64,000 nt of DNA from an uncultured Clostridium sp. (lineage in GTDB: Bacteria; Bacillota; Clostridia; TANB77; CAG-508): the NCBI GenBank assembly GCA_947570695.1, contig CANOVB010000004.1, forward strand, positions 97,092 to 161,091, read 5' to 3'. Positions 18,461 to 28,088 of the stretch are shown here, piece after piece (the first letter of the stretch is position 1; each line of letters begins with the position of its first letter). The notes beneath the pieces were generated by a model, which saw only the letters and a list, made by a program, of their open reading frames with translations, made no database searches and was not told the DNA's origin. The translations under genes were made by a program, and so were the position numbers.

Positions 18461-19447
18461 TTATTCTTCTTTTAAGTTTCTTGTCATTAAGTTTTCTACT
18501 GCAACTTTAGGTTCTAATCCATTATATAATACGTCATAAACAGTATGTACTATAGGCATTTCCACATTATACTTTTTTGATAGTTTATATGCTACATCAA
18601 TATTATCTATACTTTCGATTGTCATACCTATTTCTTTTTTAGCTTCCTCTATTGAAAAGCCTTTTCCTATCATCTCTCCAGCTCTTCTATTTCTACTATG
18701 CATACTTCCACAAGTTACTATTAAATCGCCTAAACCTGTAAGACCATAAAAAGTTTTTTCTTCTCCTCCCATTGCTGTTCCAAGTCTACTAATTTCCACT
18801 AATCCTCTTGTTAATAATGCTGCAAAAGTATTATCTCCCAAGTTTAGTCCAACACAAACACCTGCACAAAAAGCTATAATATTTTTTAATGCTGCACCAA
18901 GTTCAACTCCTCTAACATCTTTAGACGTATATAACCTCATAGTTGAACTTTTAAAAGCTTCAATAATTTCATTTTTTACTTTATCATCTGTTGACGCAAT
19001 TACTAATGCTGTTGGTATATTTAAAGAGACTTCTTCAGCATGACTTGGTCCAGAAAGTATACCATATTTAATATTTGGTAATTCTTCTTTAATAACATCA
19101 TCTAAAGTTAGCTCAGTTTCTGCTTCAAATCCTTTTGAACACATAACTAATATTTGATTATCTTTTATAAATTCTTTATATTTTTTTATTGTACTTCTAA
19201 CAAATTTAGATGGAGTTACATGTAAAACAATTTCTGCATCTTCTAATACTTCTTTAAAATCACTAGAGCAAATTATACTATCTGGTATAACAGCCTTTGG
19301 TAAAAATACACATTTTCTTTCATTATTAATCATATTTTTTTCATCTTCATTAAAAGACCAAATTTTTACTTTATTTCCATTTTGAGCTAAATAAATTCCT
19401 AAAGCTGCTCCCCAGCTTCCACTTCCTATTATCGCAATTTTTTTCAT
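18461..19447 (-). CDS. gpsA: NAD(P)H-dependent glycerol-3-phosphate dehydrogenase
   Basis: 328 aa. N-terminal KIAIIGSGSWGAALG dinucleotide-binding motif. GpsA-type C-terminal domain. Confidence 0.9.
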   Translation of the reverse strand: MKKIAIIGSGSWGAALGIYLAQNGNKVKIWSFNEDEKNMINNERKCVFLPKAVIPDSIICSSDFKEVLEDAEIVLHVTPSKFVRSTIKKYKEFIKDNQILVMCSKGFEAETELTLDDVIKEELPNIKYGILSGPSHAEEVSLNIPTALVIASTDDKVKNEIIEAFKSSTMRLYTSKDVRGVELGAALKNIIAFCAGVCVGLNLGDNTFAALLTRGLVEISRLGTAMGGEEKTFYGLTGLGDLIVTCGSMHSRNRRAGEMIGKGFSIEEAKKEIGMTIESIDNIDVAYKLSKKYNVEMPIVHTVYDVLYNGLEPKVAVENLMTRNLKEE

Positions 19448-19613
19448 TAACTATTTCTCCTATCTAAATAAACTAATTCTTTAAAATCAATATATGTCCC
19501 TGCCTGGACAAAAATGTCCAACGCATAGGTTTACAGAATGCATAAGCATTCTGCATACTGAAACTGTAAAAATTAAAATTTAGTAGTCTCAGCAAAACGT
19601 CCCTAAAAGAACA

Positions 19614-20255
19614 TTATTTATCTTCCTTTTTACTAAAACTTATTTTATTTTCATTTCCTGCAAGTATTCGTTTTAAATTACTTCTATGATTGAATATAAC
19701 TAGACTAGCTAATATAACACCAAATATTATATAACTTCCTTCAAATTCAGCTATATAACCATCTCTTATAAATACTGTTAATACTGCAAATAAGACAGCT
19801 GCTGAAATTGAACCTAAAGATACCATTCTTGTTATTGCGATTAATACAAGTGCAAACACTAAACAGATTAAACCAATTTTCCAATTTACTAATAAAATTA
19901 CACCTAAACTAGTTGCAACACCTTTTCCACCTCTAAATCCGAAAAATACTGGAAAAGTATGACCTATTACAACAAATAAAGCTGCTACTTCTACTAGTAT
20001 TGCTGGGCTTACATTTTTTACAAATTTTCCTACAATAACAGCTATTAAAATAGAAACTATTCCTTTTGAAATATCACAAATAAGTGTTAAAGCTGCTGCT
20101 TTTTTTCCTACTGATCTTAAAACATTAGTTGTTCCAGCATTACCACTTCCTTTTTCTCTTACATCAAATCCAGCCATTTTTTTGCTTATTAATATTGAAA
20201 AATTAACACTTCCAATTAAATATGCTATAATTCCAATTATTATATATGCTACCAT
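19614..20255 (-). CDS. plsY: Glycerol-3-phosphate acyltransferase PlsY
   Basis: 213 aa polytopic membrane protein. Conserved SGNAGTTNVLR motif. Classic plsY-gpsA adjacency. Confidence 0.9.
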   Translation of the reverse strand: MVAYIIIGIIAYLIGSVNFSILISKKMAGFDVREKGSGNAGTTNVLRSVGKKAAALTLICDISKGIVSILIAVIVGKFVKNVSPAILVEVAALFVVIGHTFPVFFGFRGGKGVATSLGVILLVNWKIGLICLVFALVLIAITRMVSLGSISAAVLFAVLTVFIRDGYIAEFEGSYIIFGVILASLVIFNHRSNLKRILAGNENKISFSKKEDK

Positions 20256-20369
20256 AAATCCATTCCTTTCTAAATTTTATTATTTTAGTTTTTAGATATT
20301 AATTTTATAGTATTCCTTTATTATACTTTTCTTATAATGTTCATAAAATTTATTATCAATTTGCTTTAT

Positions 20370-22112
20370 TTAACTCTCACTTTTTGTAATTTTATTTTTT
20401 ATTATTTTTGTAATTGCATTATATACACAAATTGTACAAAAAGCAAGAAATAATGGATATGCTCCAGACAAATATAATGGACCTATTGAATTACATGCTG
20501 TTAAGTGATTATAAGATACTCCGGCAAGTAATGTTATAAAGGCTCCTAAAATTCCACTTAATACAATCCATTTTTCAACTTTTTCATATTTCTTTTTAAA
20601 TATTTCTATAAACATTGTTATAGTTAATGCAATATAATATATTACTGCTATTATTCCTATAATAACACCTATTACTCCATAAGATTTTGTTAATATTTTT
20701 AAAATCTCATTTTTAGTATTTAAAGATTTTATATATTCCTCTTGTGTTTCTAATTCTTCTATTGGCATACCATCCATATTTATAGCATCTTCCGGATATA
20801 TTGCTCTATTTCTGCTTATATCTTCAAATTCCTTTACTAAATATGAAGGTTTATCATTACTAATTTCTTTATTTGAAATTTCTATACCATCAAATGTTGA
20901 TATATAAATAAGTCCTTTTGTAAATATTTTAGCAAGTTTTAGAGTATATCCCTTTTTATATGGTGATAACAAAGCAGAAGGCATAACTTTTTGCCTTTCT
21001 AAAAGTCCACTATCCATAGCCCAATTTAAATCTTCAGCTACTTTTTTATAAAAGCTTTGTTCAAGTTCTAAAGTATTATATCCACTTTCAACTGCCGCAA
21101 TCCTTATAGCCCATAATATCCAACCATCATCTACTTCTCCATCTCCTGGATTTCTATCTAAAGCTCCATATCCGCCTATTTTTTCGTGTAATTTAGGCGC
21201 TATTCCTGCAAAAGTCGGCGATACTGATGCCATTCTATCAACTTTTTCTTGTGTAACAGTTACAGATTCTACTACTAAATTAGGTCTTACTGAATATATT
21301 GCATCTATTGCTTCTGTAAAAGTACTATCTTTTAATACATTTGTAGTTTTTAACCCATAAACTTCTTCATTTTTACTAGCAATCCAATTTCCAAACAAAA
21401 TTAATGAAACTATTGGAATAATTGTAAATACTGTTTTTGAAATAAACTCTAAATTTATTTTTCTCTCGTTTATAAATTTAGCAATAATTATAGAAGCTGT
21501 CATAAATATCACAAATGGAATAATCCACATTGAATCTTCTCTTGTATAATAAAATGCACTTAAAGATACTGCACAAATTAAAGACCATAAAATTAAATAT
21601 CTATTCTTTTCATTTCTTCTTAAAAATATCGCTATATAACTTCCAGTTATAAGTAATGCAAATGATGGTATTAATGCATTTCTGTAAACTCTTTGGATTA
21701 TTGCATGTGTATACATTATTGGATTAAATAATAACACAGCAAAAATTGCTATAAATATATATTTGTTTTTAATTAATTTTCTAACTGCTATCATAAATAT
21801 AATACATGAAAATGTATACAAAGCTGTCATAGTACCTATAAAAGGAAGCCCTAATTTATACATTCCTGCAAGTATAATTGGAAAAACTGGACCTTTCATT
21901 AATGTGTTATATCTATATTCACCTAACCAATTACCTTCTAATATACTTTTAGCAAGATTCATCATAAGTCCATCATCTTCACCTGCTGAAACATATCCAA
22001 CTATTGGAAAATCTTGTATAAGCATTTGCTTTAAAATTGCTAAAATAATTATTGCTATAACAATAATTATAATATCTTTATTTTTCTTTATTACTTCCAT
22101 AATATTTTGCAT
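20370..22112 (-). CDS. Large polytopic membrane protein, possibly a GT-C-type glycosyltransferase (hypothetical)
   Basis: 580 aa. About 10 N-terminal TM helices followed by a large extracytoplasmic domain and 3 C-terminal TM helices. No catalytic motif confidently identified. Confidence 0.5.
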   Translation of the reverse strand: MQNIMEVIKKNKDIIIIVIAIIILAILKQMLIQDFPIVGYVSAGEDDGLMMNLAKSILEGNWLGEYRYNTLMKGPVFPIILAGMYKLGLPFIGTMTALYTFSCIIFMIAVRKLIKNKYIFIAIFAVLLFNPIMYTHAIIQRVYRNALIPSFALLITGSYIAIFLRRNEKNRYLILWSLICAVSLSAFYYTREDSMWIIPFVIFMTASIIIAKFINERKINLEFISKTVFTIIPIVSLILFGNWIASKNEEVYGLKTTNVLKDSTFTEAIDAIYSVRPNLVVESVTVTQEKVDRMASVSPTFAGIAPKLHEKIGGYGALDRNPGDGEVDDGWILWAIRIAAVESGYNTLELEQSFYKKVAEDLNWAMDSGLLERQKVMPSALLSPYKKGYTLKLAKIFTKGLIYISTFDGIEISNKEISNDKPSYLVKEFEDISRNRAIYPEDAINMDGMPIEELETQEEYIKSLNTKNEILKILTKSYGVIGVIIGIIAVIYYIALTITMFIEIFKKKYEKVEKWIVLSGILGAFITLLAGVSYNHLTACNSIGPLYLSGAYPLFLAFCTICVYNAITKIIKNKITKSES

Positions 22113-22218
22113 TTAATTCTCCTATTTTAATTTAAGTCATCTTATTATTTTATAATATTTTGCATTTTACTTTATATTTTAATTCATCCATTTTTATATA
22201 ACTTATTTTTTAATAAAT

Positions 22219-23547
22219 TTAGCTATCCTTTTCACCTTTTTCTCTTACAATCAGTCTTACTGGTGTTCCCTCTAATCCAAAATTATTTCTAAAACAATTT
22301 ATTAAATATCTTTGATATGAAAAGTGAAATAGTTCTTTATTATTTACGAAAATTACAAAAGTTGGTGGTTTTGTACTAGCTTGTGTTCCATATAAAATTT
22401 TTAATCTTTTTCCTTTATCTGTAGGAGGTTGAACAACAGCAATAGCTTCATTTATAACCTCATTTATTACGGATGTAGAAATTCTTTTTGAATTCTGCTC
22501 TGCTACATTATTAATCATTTCAAATAATTTATTTACTCTTTGTCCTGTTTTAGCTGATATAAATATTATTGGAGCATAACTTGCATAAGAAATTTGATCA
22601 TAAACTTCTTTTTTGTATTTTTCTAATGTTCCTGTTTCTTTTTCAACTTCATCCCATTTATTAATAACAATTATTATACCTTTACCGGCTTCATGCGCTT
22701 CTCCAAGTATTTTTGCATCTTGGTCTGTTACTCCTTCTACTGCATCTATTAAAACTAAACATACATCTGCTCTTTCAATAGCAAAAAGAGTTCTCATTAC
22801 ACTAAACTTTTCTACACTTTCATTAACTTTGGCTTTTTTTCTAACACCTGCTGTATCTATAAAAGTATATTTTCCAAATTCATTTTCAAATTCAGTGTCT
22901 ATTGCATCTCTGGTTGTTCCTGCAATATCACTTACAATACTTCTTTCTTCTCCTAGAATTTTATTTGTAAGTGACGATTTACCTACATTTGGTTTTCCAA
23001 TTATTGCTACTTTTATTCTTTCATCATTATCATTTTTTTCTGATTTTGGTGGTAATTTTTCATATATAGCATCTAATAAGTCACCAATTCCTATTGCATT
23101 CGCTGCTGATATTGGATAAGGATCTCCTAATCCTAAATTATAAAATTCATAAATTTCAACTGGTGCCTCTCCATAATTATCAGATTTATTACAAGCCAAA
23201 ATAATTGGTTTTTGTGACTTTTTTAGCATCATTGCAATTTCTTTATCTGCTGCTGTAACACCTTGCTTTATGTCTGTCATAAATAATATTACATCTGCTA
23301 CATTTATTGCAATATTGGCCTGCTGTCTCATTTGAGAAAGAATTATATCATTTGTTTCTGGTTCTATTCCTCCTGTATCAATTATTGTAAAATCTCTATC
23401 TCTCCAAGAAGTCTCAGCATAAACTCTATCTCTCGTAACTCCTGGTGTATCTTCTACTATTGAAATTCTTTGTCCAACTACATAATTAAAAAATCTCGAT
23501 TTTCCTACATTTGGTTTTCCAATTATTGCTACTATTGGTTTAGCCAT
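22219..23547 (-). CDS. der: Ribosome-biogenesis GTPase Der (EngA)
   Basis: 442 aa. Two tandem GTPase domains (GKPNVGKS twice, DTGG/DTAG), C-terminal KH-like domain. Confidence 0.95.
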   Translation of the reverse strand: MAKPIVAIIGKPNVGKSRFFNYVVGQRISIVEDTPGVTRDRVYAETSWRDRDFTIIDTGGIEPETNDIILSQMRQQANIAINVADVILFMTDIKQGVTAADKEIAMMLKKSQKPIILACNKSDNYGEAPVEIYEFYNLGLGDPYPISAANAIGIGDLLDAIYEKLPPKSEKNDNDERIKVAIIGKPNVGKSSLTNKILGEERSIVSDIAGTTRDAIDTEFENEFGKYTFIDTAGVRKKAKVNESVEKFSVMRTLFAIERADVCLVLIDAVEGVTDQDAKILGEAHEAGKGIIIVINKWDEVEKETGTLEKYKKEVYDQISYASYAPIIFISAKTGQRVNKLFEMINNVAEQNSKRISTSVINEVINEAIAVVQPPTDKGKRLKILYGTQASTKPPTFVIFVNNKELFHFSYQRYLINCFRNNFGLEGTPVRLIVREKGEKDS

Positions 23548-23565
23548 TTTCTTCTCCTTCCAAAA

Positions 23566-25233
23566 TTAATGTTTTTTCCAAACATATATAATAAAAACTA
23601 TTCCTGATATTATTGAAACTGCAAGTGATATTTGCATTACAGCAGTTCCTCTATATTTTACTTCTAAATGTTCTCTATCATTTGATCCCATTGCAAAACC
23701 TAAAAATCCATTCTCAGTTTCAAATGTATCTATAATTGTTCCATCAAGTCTTACTTCATAACCAGGATAATATATATAAGGTAGCTCAAAAATTGTATAT
23801 TCTGCTCCTTCTGTTGATATTTTAGCTTTGTATATAGTACCTTTTTTTTCTTCATCTTCTATTATAGCTTTTCCTTCTAAAATATATATATAATCTTCTC
23901 TTGTAGCAATATAAAATCTATTATCATAAGCTTTTACTGGTAAATACTCTGCTTTCGCGGTTCCAGCAACTACTTCAACTTCTTTTCCAGACATATGTCC
24001 TAATGTATAATTTGTTATATCTTTAATTTCTGAATCATAAGGTATATATTCACTAAATGCCATTAAATATAATATTGATATCATAGAAATTACAATTACA
24101 TCTTTATATGTAAATTTTTTTATTAAAGTAAGTACATTTATACTGCATACTACACTCAAAAAAAATCCAGATATTTGTAACAGTCTCCAAGGAAATTGTA
24201 TAATACACATCTCTTCAGGTAAAAGTTTCCATGGAAAATATTTTGTTGACATCCATAAACTTATAACAGCACCTATAAGAAAAAATCCATATGTTTCTTT
24301 TATATTTTCTTTTACATTTTTTATTCCCATTATTGAAAATGCTAACATTACAATAATATGTGGTCCTAATTCAAATACAAAAGAACCATCTTTTCTTGTA
24401 ACAAATAATTGAGTAATTGTTAATCCATGATTTCCAGTATCTTCTGGAGTTGCCATCATTCCATCTTCATACACTTGATAACTTGTAAAAAACTTAGTTT
24501 CTATTAATGGTGCCCAGAAAAAACTAGTTACTAAAACTATAAATAAAACATTTAGTACTAATCCTCTTTTTACTCTTGTTTCTTTAAGTTTTTTAATATT
24601 TATTCCAACATATATAATAGAAAAAAACGCAACTATTGCAGTAGAAATATTATGAGTTAGTATTAATCCTATTGCCCCAATACTTAAATAATAATGATTT
24701 TCAGTTGTATATAACAAATTATATAATCCTAAAAATACTAATGGAATAAAAATAAAAGAAACAAATTCTCCTAAAGCATTTCGAGTATATAAGTCTGTTA
24801 AATGATATGGGAAAGTCATATATAATATTCCAGCAAGAATTGCTGCATTATTATTTCTTGTAATACTAAAAATAAATTTGTACATTGTGATTCCAGATAA
24901 AACTAAACATGTAAAAACAAATAATTTATATGCTGATAAAAAATTATTACATATGAATTTAAAAATAATTATTCCATAAGCAGTAAGAGGTCCATAAAAT
25001 AAATTCCAAGAATATCCGAAATTATTTGAAAAAGATGATATTACATTTCCACTAAAAAATCCATTACCTAACATACTAAAATATGTACCGCTAGCTCTTG
25101 CTATATGTTGAATTCCATCATCAATGTAAACATTTAAGTAAGAATTTAATAATGGTAATCCTAATATTAACCCTACTATTATTAGAATAATTGTATCTAT
25201 TAAATTTCTATTTGCTAAAAGTTTATCTTTCAA
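23566..25233 (-). CDS. Large polytopic membrane protein (YfhO-like/GT-C-like, hypothetical)
   Basis: 555 aa. Many N-terminal TM helices, extracytoplasmic C-terminal region, final TM anchor. Confidence 0.5.
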   Translation of the reverse strand: MKDKLLANRNLIDTIILIIVGLILGLPLLNSYLNVYIDDGIQHIARASGTYFSMLGNGFFSGNVISSFSNNFGYSWNLFYGPLTAYGIIIFKFICNNFLSAYKLFVFTCLVLSGITMYKFIFSITRNNNAAILAGILYMTFPYHLTDLYTRNALGEFVSFIFIPLVFLGLYNLLYTTENHYYLSIGAIGLILTHNISTAIVAFFSIIYVGINIKKLKETRVKRGLVLNVLFIVLVTSFFWAPLIETKFFTSYQVYEDGMMATPEDTGNHGLTITQLFVTRKDGSFVFELGPHIIVMLAFSIMGIKNVKENIKETYGFFLIGAVISLWMSTKYFPWKLLPEEMCIIQFPWRLLQISGFFLSVVCSINVLTLIKKFTYKDVIVISMISILYLMAFSEYIPYDSEIKDITNYTLGHMSGKEVEVVAGTAKAEYLPVKAYDNRFYIATREDYIYILEGKAIIEDEEKKGTIYKAKISTEGAEYTIFELPYIYYPGYEVRLDGTIIDTFETENGFLGFAMGSNDREHLEVKYRGTAVMQISLAVSIISGIVFIIYVWKKH

Positions 25234-25276
25234 TTCTATCCCCTTTTATATAATTATCTTTAGACTTTTATAAATC

Positions 25277-25771
25277 TTAATATTCTAATTGACCATTTAA
25301 ATATTCATCATTTTCAATCCAATCTTTTACATAAAGCGTTGTATATTCATTTTTATTAATTCTAACAATAACTTTTTCTATACCAGAATTTATTATTAGT
25401 TTTCTACACATAAGACAAGGTGCAGCTCCTTCTTCATAATCATTTGTTTCTGTTCTTCGTCCAACTAAATATAAAGTAGAGCCCATCATGTCATTTCTTG
25501 CTGCACTTATAATAGCATTTTGCTCACTATGTACAGAACGACAGGCATCATACCCTCCATGTCTTTTATCTGGCATTAATTTCTTTTTAGTGCAATAACC
25601 TAAATCACAACAATTTATTCTTCCTCTAGGTGCTCCGCTATATCCTGTTGCAATAATTTGATCATGATTTACTATTACACTTCCATATTTTTTCCTTAAA
25701 CAGGTAGATCTTAATGCAACAGTTTCTGCTATATCTAAATAATAATTTATTTTATCAATTCTTTGTTCCAT
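25277..25771 (-). CDS. dCMP deaminase family (ComEB-like) cytidine/deoxycytidylate deaminase
   Basis: 164 aa. Zinc-binding HSEQNAI and PCLMCRKLI (H/C-x-E … PC-xx-C) deaminase motifs. Confidence 0.8.
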   Translation of the reverse strand: MEQRIDKINYYLDIAETVALRSTCLRKKYGSVIVNHDQIIATGYSGAPRGRINCCDLGYCTKKKLMPDKRHGGYDACRSVHSEQNAIISAARNDMMGSTLYLVGRRTETNDYEEGAAPCLMCRKLIINSGIEKVIVRINKNEYTTLYVKDWIENDEYLNGQLEY

Positions 25772-26090
25772 TTTTTACTCCTTATGGCAAATTATATCAT
25801 TTAAATTGCTTTCTTTCAATATTTTTATTAGAACAATTTTGCAAAGTAAAATTTATATTTTAGCTATTACAGTATCAGTATGTTAATATTTTAAATATTG
25901 ACATCATTTTAAATTTGTGTGCAAAATTAGCATAATCTTTTATTTAGTAAGAAGTGCAGAGCTCTTTCTTACTAAATAAAAAAAGAGCGAAAGCCCTCCT
26001 TAAAACAAAATTCTCTGTTTTAAGAAGAGCGCTCGCTTCAAACTGGTGCATTTGTAATGTACTTATGCACACGCCATCATTCTGGCTGTT

Positions 26091-26564
26091 TTAAGTAAGT
26101 TTAACAGCAATCGTATGCTCGGCAAAGGTTTCGTGGCTCTCTCCCAGATTGCACACTCTGCCTTCAAAGGGAGCATCTGTCGAAACATAAACTTCCCTCT
26201 GTCCAAACTCGTGCTTGTGGGGCCCAATCTTGCCATCAAGATACTCAACAAGGAGCTTCCGCCATTTCCCTCCAACGTAAAGCTTGATGCTATCTCCCTT
26301 ATACGTCTTAACACCGCGGAAATTCTCCTTAGTAGTCATCTGTGCCGGCCCGAACTCGTACTCCACCACAACCTTGGTATCCAGGTTCTTTGCCAGGGAA
26401 ATAACCACAGATTCCAGACCGACTTTTTTGAAGAACTCCGCTGTTCCATTCAAATAGTTGACAACGAAAGTTCCTTCAGGAATCCCTACCAAAACAACGA
26501 TGCTGTCGTCACCCCCCTTCGCATTGATAGCTTTCTCTGCCATAGCAGCCACTTGGAATTTCAT
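26091..26564 (-). CDS. Compositionally atypical (G+C-rich) hypothetical protein, possibly cupin-fold
   Basis: 157 aa from MKFQVAAMAEK… Strong SD GGAGG sits 7 nt upstream (26572-26576). G-x4-HKHEFGQRE resembles cupin motif 1. Codon usage (GTG/CTG/GGC/CCC/AAG) is unlike the rest of the window. The track ORF extends 8 codons further upstream, but the RBS supports the 26564 start. Confidence 0.5.
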   Translation of the reverse strand: MKFQVAAMAEKAINAKGGDDSIVVLVGIPEGTFVVNYLNGTAEFFKKVGLESVVISLAKNLDTKVVVEYEFGPAQMTTKENFRGVKTYKGDSIKLYVGGKWRKLLVEYLDGKIGPHKHEFGQREVYVSTDAPFEGRVCNLGESHETFAEHTIAVKLT

Positions 26565-26648
26565 GCTTTTTCCTCCTTCTGTTCTCACGCGTTGCTAAAA
26601 TGAAATTCTTAGCTTATAATGACCTTCAAAAAATTACAAGCTTATTAT

Positions 26649-26677
26649 ATTATATCATTTTTTTATAATAAATTCAA
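26649..26677 (-). promoter_or_regulatory. Candidate sigma-A promoter for the G+C-rich ORF
   Basis: On the minus strand: TTGAAT - 17 nt - TATAAT. The -10 hexamer lies about 85 nt upstream of the ATG. Confidence 0.35.
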
Positions 26678-26690
26678 TTATATTTACCTA

Positions 26691-26722
26691 TCAAAAAAAG
26701 ACATATCTTAATAGATATGCCT
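26691..26722 (-). terminator. Second rho-independent terminator downstream of rpmF
   Basis: Minus-strand GGCAUAUCU-AUUA-AGAUAUGUC followed by U7. Confidence 0.5.
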
Positions 26723-26795
26723 TAAATTAGCTAATATTTAGTAATTTATTTTCTAATAAAATTTTAGATTATATTTCAAATAATATTTTCATTAC

Positions 26796-26828
26796 TCAAC
26801 AAAAAAGACATATTTACTATGTCTTTTC
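26796..26828 (-). terminator. Rho-independent terminator immediately downstream of rpmF
   Basis: Minus-strand AAAGACAU-(7-nt loop)-AUGUCUUU followed by UUUGUUG. Begins 9 nt after the rpmF stop. Confidence 0.6.
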
Positions 26829-26833
26829 ATAAA

Positions 26834-27022
26834 TTAATTTTTATTTTCTTTTTTTGCAATTACTTCTTTTCCATCATAGTAACCACAGTTAGCACATACT
26901 GTGTGTGGTCTAACTGGTTGGTGGCAATGAGAGCATGTTGATAAATTTTCTTCTTCTAATTTCCATGTTGATCTTTTTAATCCTGTTCTAGCTTTTGACC
27001 ATCTTCTTTTTGGTTGTGCCAT
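26834..27022 (-). CDS. rpmF: 50S ribosomal protein L32
   Basis: 62 aa. MAQPKRRWSKARTGLKR… and the C-x2-C … C-x2-C zinc ribbon typical of bL32. Confidence 0.9.
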   Translation of the reverse strand: MAQPKRRWSKARTGLKRSTWKLEEENLSTCSHCHQPVRPHTVCANCGYYDGKEVIAKKENKN

Positions 27023-27103
27023 TTTAATCCCTCCTTTAGTGACTTACTTTTATATGTCAAAATAAATTTTATTTCAAAGTTACTAAAATAGTATACAACC
27101 TAT

Positions 27104-27775
27104 TTAGGCATTTGTCAAGTTGTTTTTCGCATTTTTAACATTATTTGGAATTATAAAAGCAATCTTTTTTTCTATTCCTCTTGCTTCTGCTATTTGGTTT
27201 TTTATTTTTTCATTTTCTAGTTTTAAAAACTCAGTTTGTACTTTTATATTTCCAAATATACCTTTTGGCTTTTCTTTGTGAATCACTGGCAAATATGACT
27301 TCCCATTATTTATTTTTTTACATGCTAATTCATATAATTTTTCATCAGAAATTTTGGAATTATTCTCAGCGTAATATTTTTCTTTTATATTATTATAAAT
27401 TGTACTCATTTCAGGTGTAAAACTTCCACCAAGATCTACTATAGCACAAGCATATATATCTGCTAAAAGATCTTTTAATTCATATTTATCTATATCTTTA
27501 TCCTTTTTAGCTTGTACTAATTCTATTTTTAATCTTACATTTTTCATTTTTTCAATTTGCAAATCATTTTTTCCAGTAATACCACCAAAAAACGAAAGAC
27601 CTTCAGAAGAAATCTCTTGTCCTTCTTGTATATATTTTTCTAATTTTACATTTTTTATAATAGTTTGCACATCATCATACAATTTTATTTTAGCTTTATT
27701 TTTGGCTTTTTTTATGTTTTCTTTCTCTAACTCGTTGTTTTCTTGTACTTCGACACTTTTATCTATTGTATCCAT
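27104..27775 (-). CDS. Hypothetical protein
   Basis: 223-aa Lys/Glu-rich ORF with no recognisable motif. Not a YceD/DUF177 (no CxxC pairs), although it occupies the position upstream of rpmF. Confidence 0.45.
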   Translation of the reverse strand: MDTIDKSVEVQENNELEKENIKKAKNKAKIKLYDDVQTIIKNVKLEKYIQEGQEISSEGLSFFGGITGKNDLQIEKMKNVRLKIELVQAKKDKDIDKYELKDLLADIYACAIVDLGGSFTPEMSTIYNNIKEKYYAENNSKISDEKLYELACKKINNGKSYLPVIHKEKPKGIFGNIKVQTEFLKLENEKIKNQIAEARGIEKKIAFIIPNNVKNAKNNLTNA

Positions 27776-28039
27776 AAGTTACCTCACTTTATGAAACTAT
27801 TTTATCAATACAATATAAATATTTCAATACATTTTTTCTAAAAGTCTTCTTATTTTTTTGACACTTAAAAGCAAAAGAGGACATTTAATAATTGCAAAAG
27901 ACAAAATTTTACTATCCAAATATGTTCTCTCCATAATAACTTATCTGTAAAAATCTAATTACTGAATCTAAAAAATATTTGATATATAAAAATTGCTAAA
28001 GGCTTTATTTAATAGAAAGTGTAGAATATTTTCCTATAA

Positions 28040-28080
28040 ACATAAAGAACATTTTATATATATAAAATGTTCTTTTTTTA
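28040..28080 (-). terminator. Palindromic rho-independent terminator downstream of the ADA-like fusion gene
   Basis: 12-bp stem AAGAACATTTTA/TAAAATGTTCTT with TATATA loop, T-run after. Confidence 0.5.
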
Positions 28081-28088
28081 ATAAATTT

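Noticed and set aside
26340-26380. tmRNA-like 3' end (CUCCACCA) inside the G+C-rich island, which raised the idea that the island is an RNA gene (tmRNA, RNase P, rRNA fragment)
   Set aside because: There is no GGUUCGA-type T-arm and no tRNA-like acceptor pairing. The island contains a 157-aa ORF with a strong RBS, and the region is uninterrupted coding with coherent codon periodicity. No similarity to 16S/23S landmark sequences.
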